A stretch of DNA of 64,000 bases from Oculina patagonica (taxonomy: Eukaryota): positions 27,776,001 through 27,840,000 of the forward strand of contig NC_135770.1 of assembly GCF_052425735.1 (NCBI RefSeq), written 5' to 3'. The translations under genes were made by a program, and so were the position numbers. Under the pieces are notes generated by a model. It had not been told where the DNA came from, did no database searches, and was given only the letters and a program-made list of their open reading frames with translations. Shown here one piece after another: positions 38,841 through 51,551 of this stretch (positions within the stretch are counted from its first letter, which is position 1; the number at the start of each line of letters is the position of its first letter).

Positions 38841-39748
38841 AAGTTTGTTTAATAAGTCTACTGTTGATCCTGATCTACGCCAAGATCCGGCTACATTTTG
38901 CTCCTGTTTGTCAGAGTGGTCCTTTCAAAGTTACTTTATCGAGGTAACAAAAGTAACAGTAATGTCCTGCAAGAAAGAAGAATAATGAGTAAACTACAGA
39001 GCGTCTGGTGCTTGGATTTTGATTTCTTGAGCATTCTGCTATATTTGTTTGAAATAAAAGGTCTTGTTAGACTTCCAGGATTCCGTCTGCGAAGACTGCG
39101 TGCGTGTGTGCGTAGTTGTTTTGCAGAGGACGGCTAAGAAATTTACAAGATGCACAACGCACGAGCAAGCTATTGTTCTGTTCATTATACTTTTTGTTTG
39201 GCGACTTTCGTCTTTCGCAAATTTAAAAGGCTTCTCGATGACAGCGCAACTTAAACGCAATTTTCATAAAAACGGCTTTCCAGAATAGATCGCATGTTTT
39301 CAAGCAAGCAATTTTTTTCTTGACGAATGACGGTAATAATAACTAGGACGTTTAAGGTGCATTCCTTATTGCATTGAACCTATGATAATTGTAGCCCACA
39401 AGTTTACTCTATATTGTGTTTGAAATACGAGACGTAATTTCAACGACTTGCAGTGTTAGGTTATGCACCAATTGTTACCCAAGTACTGGCTTACAAGATA
39501 ATTTAGCTTAGCTTTTGTTTGGCCTCAGCCCCTTTGCATGATTTTTTTTCTTGGCATTTTCTCTTGCATAATTAAGAAACATAATAAGCCCCCGGGCGCG
39601 AGACTCAATTTCCGCCGCTCTCTTGCCGTTCTTTGTTTTGGGCGTGGGCTCATTCCCCGAACGGCGACTGGTTATCGACTCTACCTGGGAGCTAACAGAT
39701 CCTTTTAGTAAATAAACTAGAGAGAGACACAACATACAAACTCGTAGC

Positions 39749-40146
39749 AATTTTAATAATTCCAGAGGTTACCTCACGCATGACGTACATACACGTTCAA
39801 TTTTAATAATTCCAGAGGTTACCTCACGCATGACGTACATACACGTTCAATTTTAATAATTCCAGAGGTTACCTCACGCATGACGTACATACACGTTCAA
39901 TTTTAATAATTCCAGAGGTTACCTCACGCATGACGTACATACACGTTCAATTTTAATAATTCCAGAGGTTACCTCACGCATGACGTACATACACGTTCAA
40001 TTTTAATAATTCCAGAGGTTACCTCACGCATGACGTACATACACGTTCAATTTTAATAATTCCAGAGGTTACCTCACGCATGACGTACATACACGTTCAA
40101 TTTTAATAATTCCAGAGGTTACCTCACGCATGACGTACATACACGT
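39749..40146. repeat. Perfect tandem array, about 8 x 50 bp
   Basis: Unit ttttaataattccagaggttacctcacgcatgacgtacatacacgttcaa starts at 39751, 39801 ... 40101, with no mismatches seen (last copy slightly short). Confidence 0.98.
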
Positions 40147-41142
40147 CAAAAAAATACTTATTTACATGGCGCAGTGCATTATCGTACTGAAACGCCTTAT
40201 ATCAGCAAACCATTGCAAAATATATATTTTTTGTTTAAAGTCAGTCATTTTCTCTTTGCCTAGATTAGCAAAAGCTTCCGTCTTTAAGGAATCCCTGGTG
40301 GCTGTTTAACACGTGTAATAACAAATCGGATTTACATTTTTGACTCGATTCTGCTGCCTTGTAGTAGCTGAAGGACATGACACGCATGAGCACGAGTGTT
40401 CTTCTACGTTTCTCCACAGGGAGCCCAGGCTCACGCTCTGACAACTCGGTCAAAATGGCGGCGTCAAAATTATAAGGATTTGTATGAAACTTTAGAGGAA
40501 AAAAATCTATCGTACGGAAATGAAATAAACCGCTAGTAAAGCTCACATTTCACATCATATGTTGTCTATGTGACGTTTCTTGACTGTTCTAAAGCATTTT
40601 AACCCTATTTAACCGATATTTTTAATTTTAGTTTACTCTTACCTAAATATATGCAAGGGTGAACACTTCCGACGCTAGATAAACACTACTGTTCGACAAA
40701 AATGGGCCAAAACTTGCTTTTAATTTGGTCCACTCACTCCAAAACCTCGCATGGGCATAGTTCGAAGACCATTCTTTAACTGCAGCAAATTTTTGATTCG
40801 CCTGCCTCTCTTCGCGATTTAAGAATACGGGAAAAATAACCATGGTCTACAAACTTTTAGCTTTCTCCAACACCTTGAACCAGAGAGAGTGGACGCATTT
40901 TTAATAAGCCTTGCCTTTCACGTGCAGCCTCACGCTATTATTGGGCGATAGTTGTCAGGGCGACGATACTTTTTTTTTCCCGTAGGGGAGGAAGGCAAAC
41001 GAGACCGTCGAGGGTGCTCTGCCATTTCTGTACCGAGATGAAGTGAGGACTACATCTACATACTTCATAGTCAAAAGCGTTCATCTATATGAAGCTCACG
41101 GCAATTGGCTCCAAAGTACCTTGAACTAAAATTAATTGCAAT

Positions 41143-43003
41143 TTATATACTTAAGTCGTGTGTTACATTCTCAATGGAGAGCATAGCTCTGATTAGTGAC
41201 TTTTGAGAGGCTCGTCGAGAGGCTTTTGAGCCTTGGCAAAGAAACAGTTGACGAGCAGGAAGGTTTGAATCACATATTACACGATGATAAACATGTATTA
41301 GACCAGGATCCGCTGCACGAAACACCTCAATCTCTGTGTGGTTTACAAATCTCTCATACAGATCCACATCTTCCCATCCCCAGCCTTTGATGCTTGTGTT
41401 AAACCCTCCAACAGCATCCAAATCTTGATGATAAATGCATGCAATTTCGTACGCGTATGACCTCCAAAATCCTGCATCTTTGTTAATGGTAAACTGTGTG
41501 TAAGGGTTGGTTTTGTTGATGTATGTTAACTCAGGATCAAACTGACTAAATACTTTTGGAAAGTAAACTCGTTTTCCGAGCGCCGTGTTCATTCGGCAGC
41601 GATCAATAAACTCCGAGTTAAAGATCAAGTCAACATCACACAAGAATAACAAAGCTGTTTGATCAAATTTATCGGCTGCGAGAGAAAGGGCTATCCCTCG
41701 GGAAAAGTTACCCGAAACATCAAGCCATATAAGCTCTGCTTGGGGGTATTTATCTTGATATTCCTTCATTATAACTTTGTGTTCATGAGGGGAAGACACG
41801 AAAGAAGAATATGCGACTACCAGCTTAACTCTCTGAAGTTTTTTGAGGCAGACCAATTCAAAATTCTTCATGAAACGGCGAAACGTTTCCAGACGCTCTG
41901 CCAAGGGGACAATAAAGTGTACATAAGGGGGCATGCTGTCAAGGGGCTCAGTCTTGTATAACAAGTTTCCAAATAGCTGTTGGGTATAATAGAGTCTTCT
42001 TTGTGAAGTGTAAGTAATCTTCGTGCTACCACTTGGGTCATTGCTTTGTATCTTTCCGTTGACTGTTACTTCTACGATTTGTTGTAAGCCGTATAGTGGG
42101 TGAATACGCCTATAGCCATAATTTAATTTATGGACCTTCAGCTTTTTAATATTTTGATTCTTCCTAGCTTCTTCATCTACAAGTTCCTTTGTGTTCTCCA
42201 GTGAATTGTTGACTTCAATATTCAATGTTCCAAGGGATATTTTTAGGCTATTGTCACCGTAATAATGAAATTTACTGTGCGATTTTGAAGTAAACATGTC
42301 CCATTTTTCAGTGTTATTTATTGCCAACTGATGATTGTAATCTTTTTCATCGTGAAGACTTCGTTTCTCTTGAAGAGAGAGTTCGTTGCCATTTGCTTGA
42401 AGCAGTCGATCCATGTTCCTTAAAACCCGTTGGAGCTTTACTGATTTATGTTGAAGATCTTGAATGCGTTCGTTCATAAAGTGCGAGTGAAGGCGGTACA
42501 TGTAGGCAGGTTGTTTAATAGGGTGAAGAGTAATGGCTTCATTAATGGTCTTTGTGTTCAGGTCACCTTTAAACATTGATCCATCACCAGTGTATTGGTG
42601 AAAGAAAAGAGTATTCATCTGAAAGAAATAATAAGCCAAATAGTTAATTGTAACCTTTTTCTTTCAACCCTTTTTAACCCTTAATATGCTAAGTCCGGAT
42701 TATTCCGGGATTTGGAGGAAAGGCCATTCAACCACTTATGACGTCGCCAATTTACACGTCAGCAGATTTTTGTGACGTGCAACTTATAGAGTTTGGATAG
42801 ATGTTTCCACAGGAGTGTCCGTCTTGACTATTGACTGCATTCTGACAGAGCTAATCGAAAAAAACGTGATCAGTTTTTGGGGTAAAATTGGTGCTAAAAC
42901 AGGCCAATATACCCGTACTTGATCATGGTTTCCTTTCCAGGGTTTTCCATTGATTAAGATCAAAACTTTTCAGGCCAGTAGAAGTTCGAAGCACTTGCTC
43001 CAT
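41143..43003 (-). pseudogene. CHSY1-like copy B: first coding exon deleted after MEQVLRT, terminal exon (42618-41143, 491 aa) still open
   Basis: 43003-42984 matches copy C exon 1 (50793-50774), then homology stops. No signal anchor or GT31 exon lies between 42984 and 42619. The acceptor tttcag|ATG is intact and the ORF is uninterrupted. Confidence 0.7.
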
Positions 43004-43355
43004 CTGAAGAAAAGGCTGTCTTTGCTCTGAACTGGGCGGCAAACAAATAGTGTAAAAGAATTTATAGAGGTACCAAACGAAGAAGGGGTGCACAGATAGA
43101 GAAAGGGACAATTCTCTAGAGGACATCAAATGGTCCGTACTTAATAATAATAACATACTTTCGGTGGGTTTACCAGCGGAAAAAAAACACGCAAGATGTT
43201 GGGAGTCACTGAGATGCAAGCTTTGGCGAGTGATTCAGACACTAAGTATAATGCTTTGCTATTTTTTTGACTACTTCGGCTTGTAATATACCTAATTATA
43301 GGAAATTAGCGATGCATGTTTTTAATTTTATGCACCTTAATCTACGTCACTATAA

Positions 43356-43856
43356 AGCCTGGTTTTCACAAGCGACGCAAGCACAAGCGCGATCACGCAA
43401 AAAGGACAAAGTTTGATCCTTGTGCTTGTGTTTGCTGCAAGAACAAGCACAAGCTTTCAAATACAATGCGCTGCAGCTGGTGATTTTGCTTGAGTCGAAG
43501 CCTTTTTCACGGAGAGATAAGAGCTGTTATTCTTCGCATGTGCTTGCGATTGTGCTTGCGTCGCTAGTGAATACCAGGCTTTAATTTAAATCACAATATT
43601 TTACAGCATCGTTATTTTAAAACACCTTTATTTCGAGTGTTAAGCCACTGTAGCGACGCAAGCACAAGCGCAAGCCCAAGCGCAATCACGCAAAAAGGAC
43701 AAATTTTGACCCTTGTGCTTGTGCTTGCCGTAAGCACAAGCACAAGCATCAAAATGCAATGCGCTTGTGCTTTTGCTTGTGTCGAAGCCGTTTTCACGGT
43801 GAAATAAGACCTGTTATCCTTGCGCTTGTGCTTGCGTCGCTAGTGAAAACCAGGCT
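43356..43856. mobile_element. Two adjacent MITEs of the 5333-5563 family
   Basis: agcctggttttcac...gtgaataccaggct (43356-43580) and a left-truncated copy ending gctagtgaaaaccaggct (43856). Confidence 0.85.
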
Positions 43857-45697
43857 TTATCTACCCCCTCTGTGTCAGAGTCAGTGGCCACATCGTCATT
43901 AGATATTGATTTTAAAAAATTTTTCTACTTTCATTTCTTCTACTTTCTTATTTCTTCTTTCTAAATGCCCATCGCGTTTCTATTTTCTCGGAATTCTGTT
44001 GTTGGACATTATTGTTTTGTCTCGTGAAAATCACAGGTAGCTATAGGAATCATCACGCATAAAGCACCAAACTCGCGTTAATTAAATGCATGTGAATGTA
44101 CAGCACACGAAAAATCGCGTTAGTAAACACAACGCGTTAATTTTTTTACACGTAGATTTTTTTCGCGTTGTTATATTCCAATTATAAAGTATAAGAAGTC
44201 TCGATATAGTTTTTTGACCTTAGGGTGCGGGTTTTGAAAATAAAAATTCGTTTGGAAGCCAATCTTAGTTTTTTGCTAAACTACACAAAAATGATCACAT
44301 ATTTTATTCTATACGGGTTTCCTGGCAACGGTAGTTACCACAGCAACGATTGCTTTGTGGAATTTGTTTTCGAACAGGGCTGATCGGGTAAACTTCTGAA
44401 GCAAAAGCTCAACAAACAGAGCGACGTGCTCAGCGCGAAATTATTTGTCTTGTTACATTTTGATATTTTAATATTTTTACTCTCGTCGTCTTATACGCTT
44501 TTAATAATTGCGGGCTCAAGAGAGGCCCGCAACCCTAATCTTGACAGTGACCAGCGGATTACGTACCAAGCGTGCGCGACACGTTATGTGGTCGTGATTT
44601 TGCCCATAAAAGACTTTTTCAATGCCAATTCAGCCAATTTGAAGTTTAGAGCTTTAACTTAACGAAAATAAATAGAATAACCTAAAATACCGTGACCTAG
44701 CCCTTTAATATGCAAAAGTATATAGTGATAAGACTACTTGAAGTCGAAATGTAATAAAAACGGCCACCCCTATAAATAAGCGGCCGCGGCCACCTTTGTG
44801 CCGTCCTGATAAGCGGGATGATGGATCTAAAAACATTTATCAGTTACTGCTACAAAAATGGTTTCAAGCAAATGCCCAAATTTTTGATAAACAAATTGTG
44901 GTTTTTTCTTGACGTCACTGGTAACCATAATTTTTGTTTTAAACATATCAATGATATCATCAAAGATTTTCGGTCTAAACTGATCTGAAATCAGTGGTAG
45001 GCAACCTAACTCCCTCCGGAGTAGTAGTAACACCCTCCCCCCCCCCCCTTCAAGTGTAATCTGGGACGCGAAGAAGTAAGTAGTAACGGAAATACGATTT
45101 CAAATAACCTATTTTCTCTAATAAGCTCCCTTCTGTTTCGCTAGCTGCGGTTTATCATTCCCCCGTTATCAAAGACTCCACTCCGTGATCCCACTCAATT
45201 TTTTTATTCACAAAGCAAGTGGCTTCGAAGCCTAAAATAATTTACAAAAATATCAAGTCTAATAATAACAACTGTGACATGAAGAAAACAAGCAAAACAC
45301 GACGCTAAATAAATGATATTTACCCAGAGGCTCTTATATCACAGCAGAACGAAACCTCCAGATCTTCGATATATAATCATCTTGTCGTTACAAAATAACG
45401 AACTGAAATACTAAACCGACAGGAAAATTCAAATAACTAATGCACACCCACACTATGTAAAATTCGTATCACGCACGTGCGCGAAGTTGCGCGCGCTATT
45501 TTGTGGTCAATAAAAACCTCCCCCCCCCCTCCCCCCGCCCCCAACCCCTTCAAAACGCCTTAAAAAGAAATAGAGCCCGAGGGGGAGGGCTAAAAGAACT
45601 TTTACGGTAAATAAAATTGAAAGAGCTACCTCCCAAAGATCCTCGAATAACTTACAATCTCCTATCAGTAATACCAGAGATAACCTCACGCATTTCA

Positions 45698-45715
45698 TAA
45701 TAAATAATAATAATA

Positions 45716-45752
<37 letters not shown>
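45698..45752. repeat. (TAA)n microsatellite
   Basis: Direct reading; shorter ones at about 24046-24068 and 60978-60994. Confidence 0.95.
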
Positions 45753-45755
<3 letters not shown>

Positions 45756-46165
45756 TATTTGCATAGCGCCAATATCCTAAAAGTTCAAAAGCGCTTTACA
45801 GAAGTAACGTTAAAAATATTAAAAACACTATTAAAAAAAATAAATATAAAAAAGGTAAAAAAGTTACAAAAATGCTTTTAAAAATCTTAAGACTAATAAT
45901 ACGGCCTAATAAGGCCAAAATACTTTTTACATGGCACAGTACATTAATTATGGTACATACGCCTTATATCAGCAAACTATTACAAAATATAATTGTGCAC
46001 TCACGTCGTGCCTGGACTGACAAACACTTGCACCTTCTAACGAATTCCAGGTACTTGTTTCAAGTTAATGCGCAATAAAAAAAATAGTTTTACCTTTTTG
46101 ACTCGATTCTGCTGACTTGAAGTACATTCAAAGGACGTGGCACCCATTGATATTTTTCTACTTTA

Positions 46166-46340
46166 CAGTCAACTCTCACCTTGCGGACACCCCACTATTG
46201 CAGACACTTGCTATTACGGACAAAATCCAGATCCCCGGCAAAAGAGGTTGAACTGGAAATGGCTCCCGCTATTACGGACTCTCGCTATAACGGACACTAA
46301 ACGACGCCCCGAGTGTGTCCGCTATAACGAGAGTTGACTG
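46166..46340. mobile_element. Tc1/mariner-type MITE (TA TSD)
   Basis: ta|cagtcaactctc...gagagttgactg|ta with internal ctattacggac repeats. Confidence 0.8.
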
Positions 46341-46762
46341 TAAACGACAAAAGGGTAGCTTTGGCCTAATTTCAGACCCCAGACAATTTTAGCACATGAC
46401 CATGATGACCAAATCGAGTCTTGCTTAGTCTTGAAAGCGAATGTCTGGGGTCGAGAATGGCTCAGAATTACCAGGTGCTTAATATGCATGCGTGCCATCC
46501 TAATGATAAACACTACGTTTATTTTCGACCCCTGAGTTCTTGTCTTTTCCACGTGAATGATGGCCACAGTCATGCGCAAAAGAGAAGTGTTCGAGAGCCA
46601 ACAATGCACCGATCTACCGACATTGAAATCTACCGACATAACTTTGATCCTATATCCGAACAAATTAAACTACAGAGAGTGTATAGAACGTCCACTGAAA
46701 AAATGTTCGATTGACTCTCAAGCAAGTTGGACAAAATAACAGTAGCTAACAGTTTATACACT

Positions 46763-49700
46763 TTAGCCGTGTGTAACATTCTGAAAAGAAAGCATAGCTT
46801 TGACTATCGACTTTTGAGAGGCTCGTCCAGAGGCTTTTGAACCTTGGCACATAAACAGTTGTCGAGCTGGAAGGTTTGGATCACAGTTTACGCGATGATA
46901 AATATGTATTAGACCAGGATCCGCTGCGCGAAACACCTCAATATCTATGTGGTTTGCAAATTTCTCATACAGATCCACATCTTCCAATCCCCAGCCTTTA
47001 ATGCTTGTGTCAAACCCTCCAACAGAATCCAAATCTTGATGGTAAATACACGCGGGTCCGTAAGAGTACCACCTCCAAATTCCTGCATCTTTGTTAATGG
47101 TAAAGTGCGTGTCTGGCTTGATTTTGTTTTTGTATGTTAAATCAGGATCAAACTGACTGAACATTATTGGAAAGTAAACTCGTTTACCGAGCGCCGTGTT
47201 CATTCGGCAGCGATCAATAAACTCCGAGTTAAAGATCAAGTCAACATCACACAAGAATAACAGAGCTGTTTGATCAAATTTATCGGCTGCGAGAGAAAGG
47301 GCTATCCCGCGGGAAAAGTTACCCGCAACGTCAAGCCATATAAGCACTGCTTCGGGGTATTTATCTTGATATTCCTTCATTATAACTTTGTGTTCATGGG
47401 AAGAAGACACATGGGAAGAATATGCGACTACCAGCTTAACTCTCTGAAGTGTTTTAAGGCAGACCAATTCAAAATTCTTCATGAAACGTCGAAACGTTTC
47501 CAGACGCTCTGCCAAGGGGACAATAAAGTGTACATAAGGGGGCATGCTGTCAACGGGCTCAGTTTTGTATACCAAGTTTCCAAATGGCTGTTGGGTATAC
47601 AGGCGTCTTCTTTGTGAAGTGTAATAAATTTTCGTTTCACCATATGGGTTATTGCGTTGTATCTTTCCGTTGACTAATACTTCTACGATTTGTTGTACGC
47701 CATATAGAGGGTGAATACGTCTATAGCCATGTTTTAATTTCTGGACCTTCAGCTTTTTAATATTTTGATTTTTCCTAGCTTCTTCATTTACAAGCTCCTT
47801 TGTTTTCTCCAGTAAAATGTTGATTTCATTCTTCACTGCTCTGTGGGGTGGTTCTAAACCAGTATCAGTGGAAATCGATTTAGAACCGGTAAACATGTCC
47901 CATTTTTCAGTGTTATTTAATGCCAACGGATTATAGAGATTTCGTTCATCCTGAAGGCTTCGTTTCTCTTGAAGAGAGAGTTCGTTGCTATTTGCTTGAA
48001 GCAGTCGATCCATGTTCCTTAAAACCCGTTGGAGCTTTACTGCTTTATGTTGAAGATCTTGAATGCGTTCGCTCATAAAGTGCGAGTGAAGGCGGTACAT
48101 GTAGGCAGGTTGTTTAATTGGGTGAAGAGTAATGGCTTCATTAATGGTCTTTGTGTTCAGGTCACCTCTAAACATTGATCCATTACCAGTGTATTGATGA
48201 AAGAAAAGTGTATTCATCTGAAAGAAATAATAAGCCAAATACTTAATCACAATCTGACAGTTTTTGTTCAAACTTTTCCTGTTGGTTGATTTTTTTAAAA
48301 TAAAATGACTCCCATAAAAAAGGACGGGGATGCTCGGCGAAATATTTGAACTAAACCTCTAAAGGAGACCAATCTGGGCATGGCTTAATTTAAGCTTAAT
48401 TGTGACTCCTAAAAAATTTCGAATGGGGTCTCCACCTTATCGTGGTGGAGCGGTTTGCGTGTCTCAATGACCCCTAGAGCTATGTCGGCTGGAGTCTTGT
48501 ACTCCTGGTAGGGCCACCCATGCCGAACAGGTCGAAGGGTAGAGACCAGACAAAGAGTTACCCCCCCCCCCCTGGTCCTCCAGGTTGGGGGTTGGGCGTA
48601 GGGTTAACAACCCTACCCCATAAAAAAAAAAACAGAAGTGTTACAGAAACCAGAAACGTGGACAATGACGGCCTTATGCGCCTACTGGCGCGACGAGTAT
48701 TGATGATGATAAAAAGATTTTAGACGGATTCTGCTGAAAGTTCGAACAATGAGTACAAAAATTAAGTACCAAAAATCTGCTCATAGCACCGCAAAATTTT
48801 GTATACCATTTAAAAGATCTTACTGAAATTCGTTTGTCTTAGTAACCGTGTAATTAAATTCCAAAGCATTCATTCGTACAAATGTTTAAAACGCCCGCCA
48901 TTTTGATTTGAACTGGCGTGAAACGTCCGTTTTAACTGAAATATAGATAATTTCAAATCCATTTTTCTCTCGCGGGGTCAACTTGAGTGCTAAAGTTTTG
49001 GCAGGTTTTTGCAAGCTGTACTTAAACTGTTACCATGCTAAGAGGTCTCTTTAGTAACTTTATTTTTGCCTGTATTGCTCGAATGTTGGGCGGAAACCAT
49101 CTTAATTCCATGCATATCCAACACAGCTAACGGCGGTTTTCAGTTCTTCACCTGCAAAGCCAACCAAGACCTTAACGGCTAGAAGAAGTGTTCGCTTTTT
49201 GCCCTGAACACTTTTAGCTTAGTGAGACCATGCAAAATACTTCATTTTTCCCCCATTAGCGAAACGTCGGTCTTCCCCGTCTCTTTTATATGGGAGTCCC
49301 CCCCCCCCCCGCCTTGTGCACATGGTACGACTGTAAACGAATACTTTTTATACATTTTCGCCTTTTGTCCGCACTTAAACGACATTAAAGTTTTTGTAAA
49401 CAAGTTTGGAAACGGAGCAAAATCTCATGCATACTCTTGGGTGGACAGACATAAACGAATGCATTTGTTAACGCTGACTTCACATCAATTAATTTACGCA
49501 TGCTCAATGACAGTCTTGTACCCAGCCGTCCTTGTTGGAAAGATAATAGAGAGATTAAGCTTGACGTTATACAGCAAACGGCAAACGCGAGCTTGCCTTT
49601 CATTTTGCTACCTTTTTATCGAATTCTAAAATAAATCCCTCATAAAAATAGGGAAAAAATTCCACATTCACAACAAACAGAAAACTACTCATTTCCGCCT

Positions 49701-50793
49701 ACAAACGCCAAACAGCAGACGACAGAAGTTGAATTTTTGCCGTTTGCAGGAAAAATAAACGTCATCCTTAACCTCTCTATTGAGTGTTTTTCATATCCGT
49801 TTATCGTTTTCGTGAGGACAGGCGTAAACGATACGTAAACCATCTCTGAACTTGTGTGAACAAAAAACAAACTTAATGATTTTCAGACGTTTTGCGCACG
49901 TAAACTTATACTTTAACCGATATACGTATCGACATAACTTAAAAGATTTATCACATGAGAAATTGAACGAGTTTTTAGTGTTCGGACGGGGTTTTACAAA
50001 TATTACCGACACTCATATAAAGCTCAGGCAGTGCGTTCAAAGTACCTTAAACTTGTTATAATTAGCAGCTTACCTCATGAGACCAAGTGCAGGAAACTCC
50101 AGCATAACGTCGTATACATTTGCCAAGCTCAATATCTTCATGCATGTGTAATTTTGGTGCTGTTTGAAGACAATGTTCAAGATGTGGACCAACCTTTCTC
50201 AAAACACTTTGACTCAATATCACACCCGGACCCCCCATGCAATAATTCTCTCCGGGCGACAAGTTAAGCATTTCTCTTTCTTCCTTCTTGCCGATTCCTG
50301 CATGTCCCAGGTGGATATCATCGGAACTGTTTAACGAACGTAGGAAGCGTAATAACTTGTCATTTCGGACGTAAACATCGTCGTCCGCTCGCATGAACCA
50401 TTCATACCCGTCGATGTGATGATCGTACATGTATTTAACCATCATTAGCGACTTTTTCAGTGGTGGATACTGCGAGTCATCTACGCCGGGTAAACTGACC
50501 ACTGGCGCTTCTAACGTAGTTTCACCCGAGCTTGAAAAAAACATCAGTTTTCCGGAAACGTTCCTGCCCCATGTATCAAACACTGCTTTAGCTCGAGTCT
50601 CTAGAAATTGCTCAGCTGTCATCACACCAACAAAGATAAATTGACGGTTTTCAAGAATCGGTGTTCTTGGTCCAAATATTAATTTGCTTTTATAAATCAA
50701 ATGGCATCGATTGTGCTGCACAAACGTCGTAATCTGGAAGCCAATAATCAATCCGGACAGAAATAATAGAAATGTTCGAAGCACTTGCTCCAT
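46763..50793 (-). CDS. CHSY1: Chondroitin sulfate synthase 1-like, copy C (about 724 aa)
   Basis: Exons 50793-50074 and 48217-46763; same phase-0 intron and same motifs as copy A. Confidence 0.92.
48425..48710 (+). mobile_element. Non-autonomous bipartite RTE-derived element (5' UTR joined to 3' tail) in copy C intron
   Basis: ggtcctccaggttgggggttgggcgtagggttaacaaccc resembles RTE 5' UTRs; gccttatgcgcc...tgatgatgat resembles an RTE 3' end with microsatellite tail; no RT ORF between them. Confidence 0.6.
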
Positions 50794-51153
50794 CTGAAGA
50801 AAAGGCTGTCTTTGCTCTAAAAAGGCGGGAAACAAATAGTGTAAAAGAATTTATAGAGGTACCAAACGACAAGCGATATGTGTTAAACACGTTTATGCCA
50901 CATTGAATAGTGTCGTTTTTTACCTAATTCGGAATATTCATATTACCCTTGAGAATTATTTCTTTCAAATTCAAATACATCAACATGCAAACAAGACAAT
51001 TAATTTCAGATAGATAAAGGAACAATTCTCTTGAGAACATCAAACGGTCTGAAAAAAACAATAATTTACATACTTTCTGTGGATAAAAACATGCAAGATG
51101 ATTCAAGCTTTGGCGAGTGATTTAGACATTGAGAATAATGCTTTGCTATATTT

Positions 51154-51392
51154 AGACTACTTGTAGTCGGTCTTTTCTCGTAGTGCCCGACCCGACGAGC
51201 GCGCGGTTTCAAATCGGGAGCGAGCACGCTAAAAGGCAGCATGGACTAGAAGGGGCTTGGGGCGAGACGAGACGAGAAAAAACCTCACGTACACTTGTCT
51301 TGCCCCAATCCCTTCTCGCATTTAAAACCCTGGCCCCTCACTCCCTTAGTGGACTTAGTGATTTTGATAGAAATACAGACTGCAAGAAGTCT
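51154..51392. mobile_element. MITE with about 11-bp TSD
   Basis: agactacttgtagtc...gactgcaagaagtct flanked by ttgctatattt on both sides; the paralogous site near 43255 lacks the insert. Confidence 0.75.
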
Positions 51393-51551
51393 TTGCTATA
51401 TTTGACTACATCTCGCTTGTAACACATAAGGAGGCTCGATGTAGTTTTTTAGCCTGAGGGTGAGGGTTTTGAAAGTAAAAATTCGTTTGGTAGACAATGT
51501 TAGTAGAGTTTTGCTAAACTTCACAAAAATGATCACATGACAACAATGATT

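Noticed and set aside
39749-40146. CRISPR array
   Set aside because: Head-to-tail identical units with no spacers.
45507-45764. Poly-Tyr/poly-Gly ORF
   Set aside because: Translation of a (TAA)n microsatellite and a C-run.
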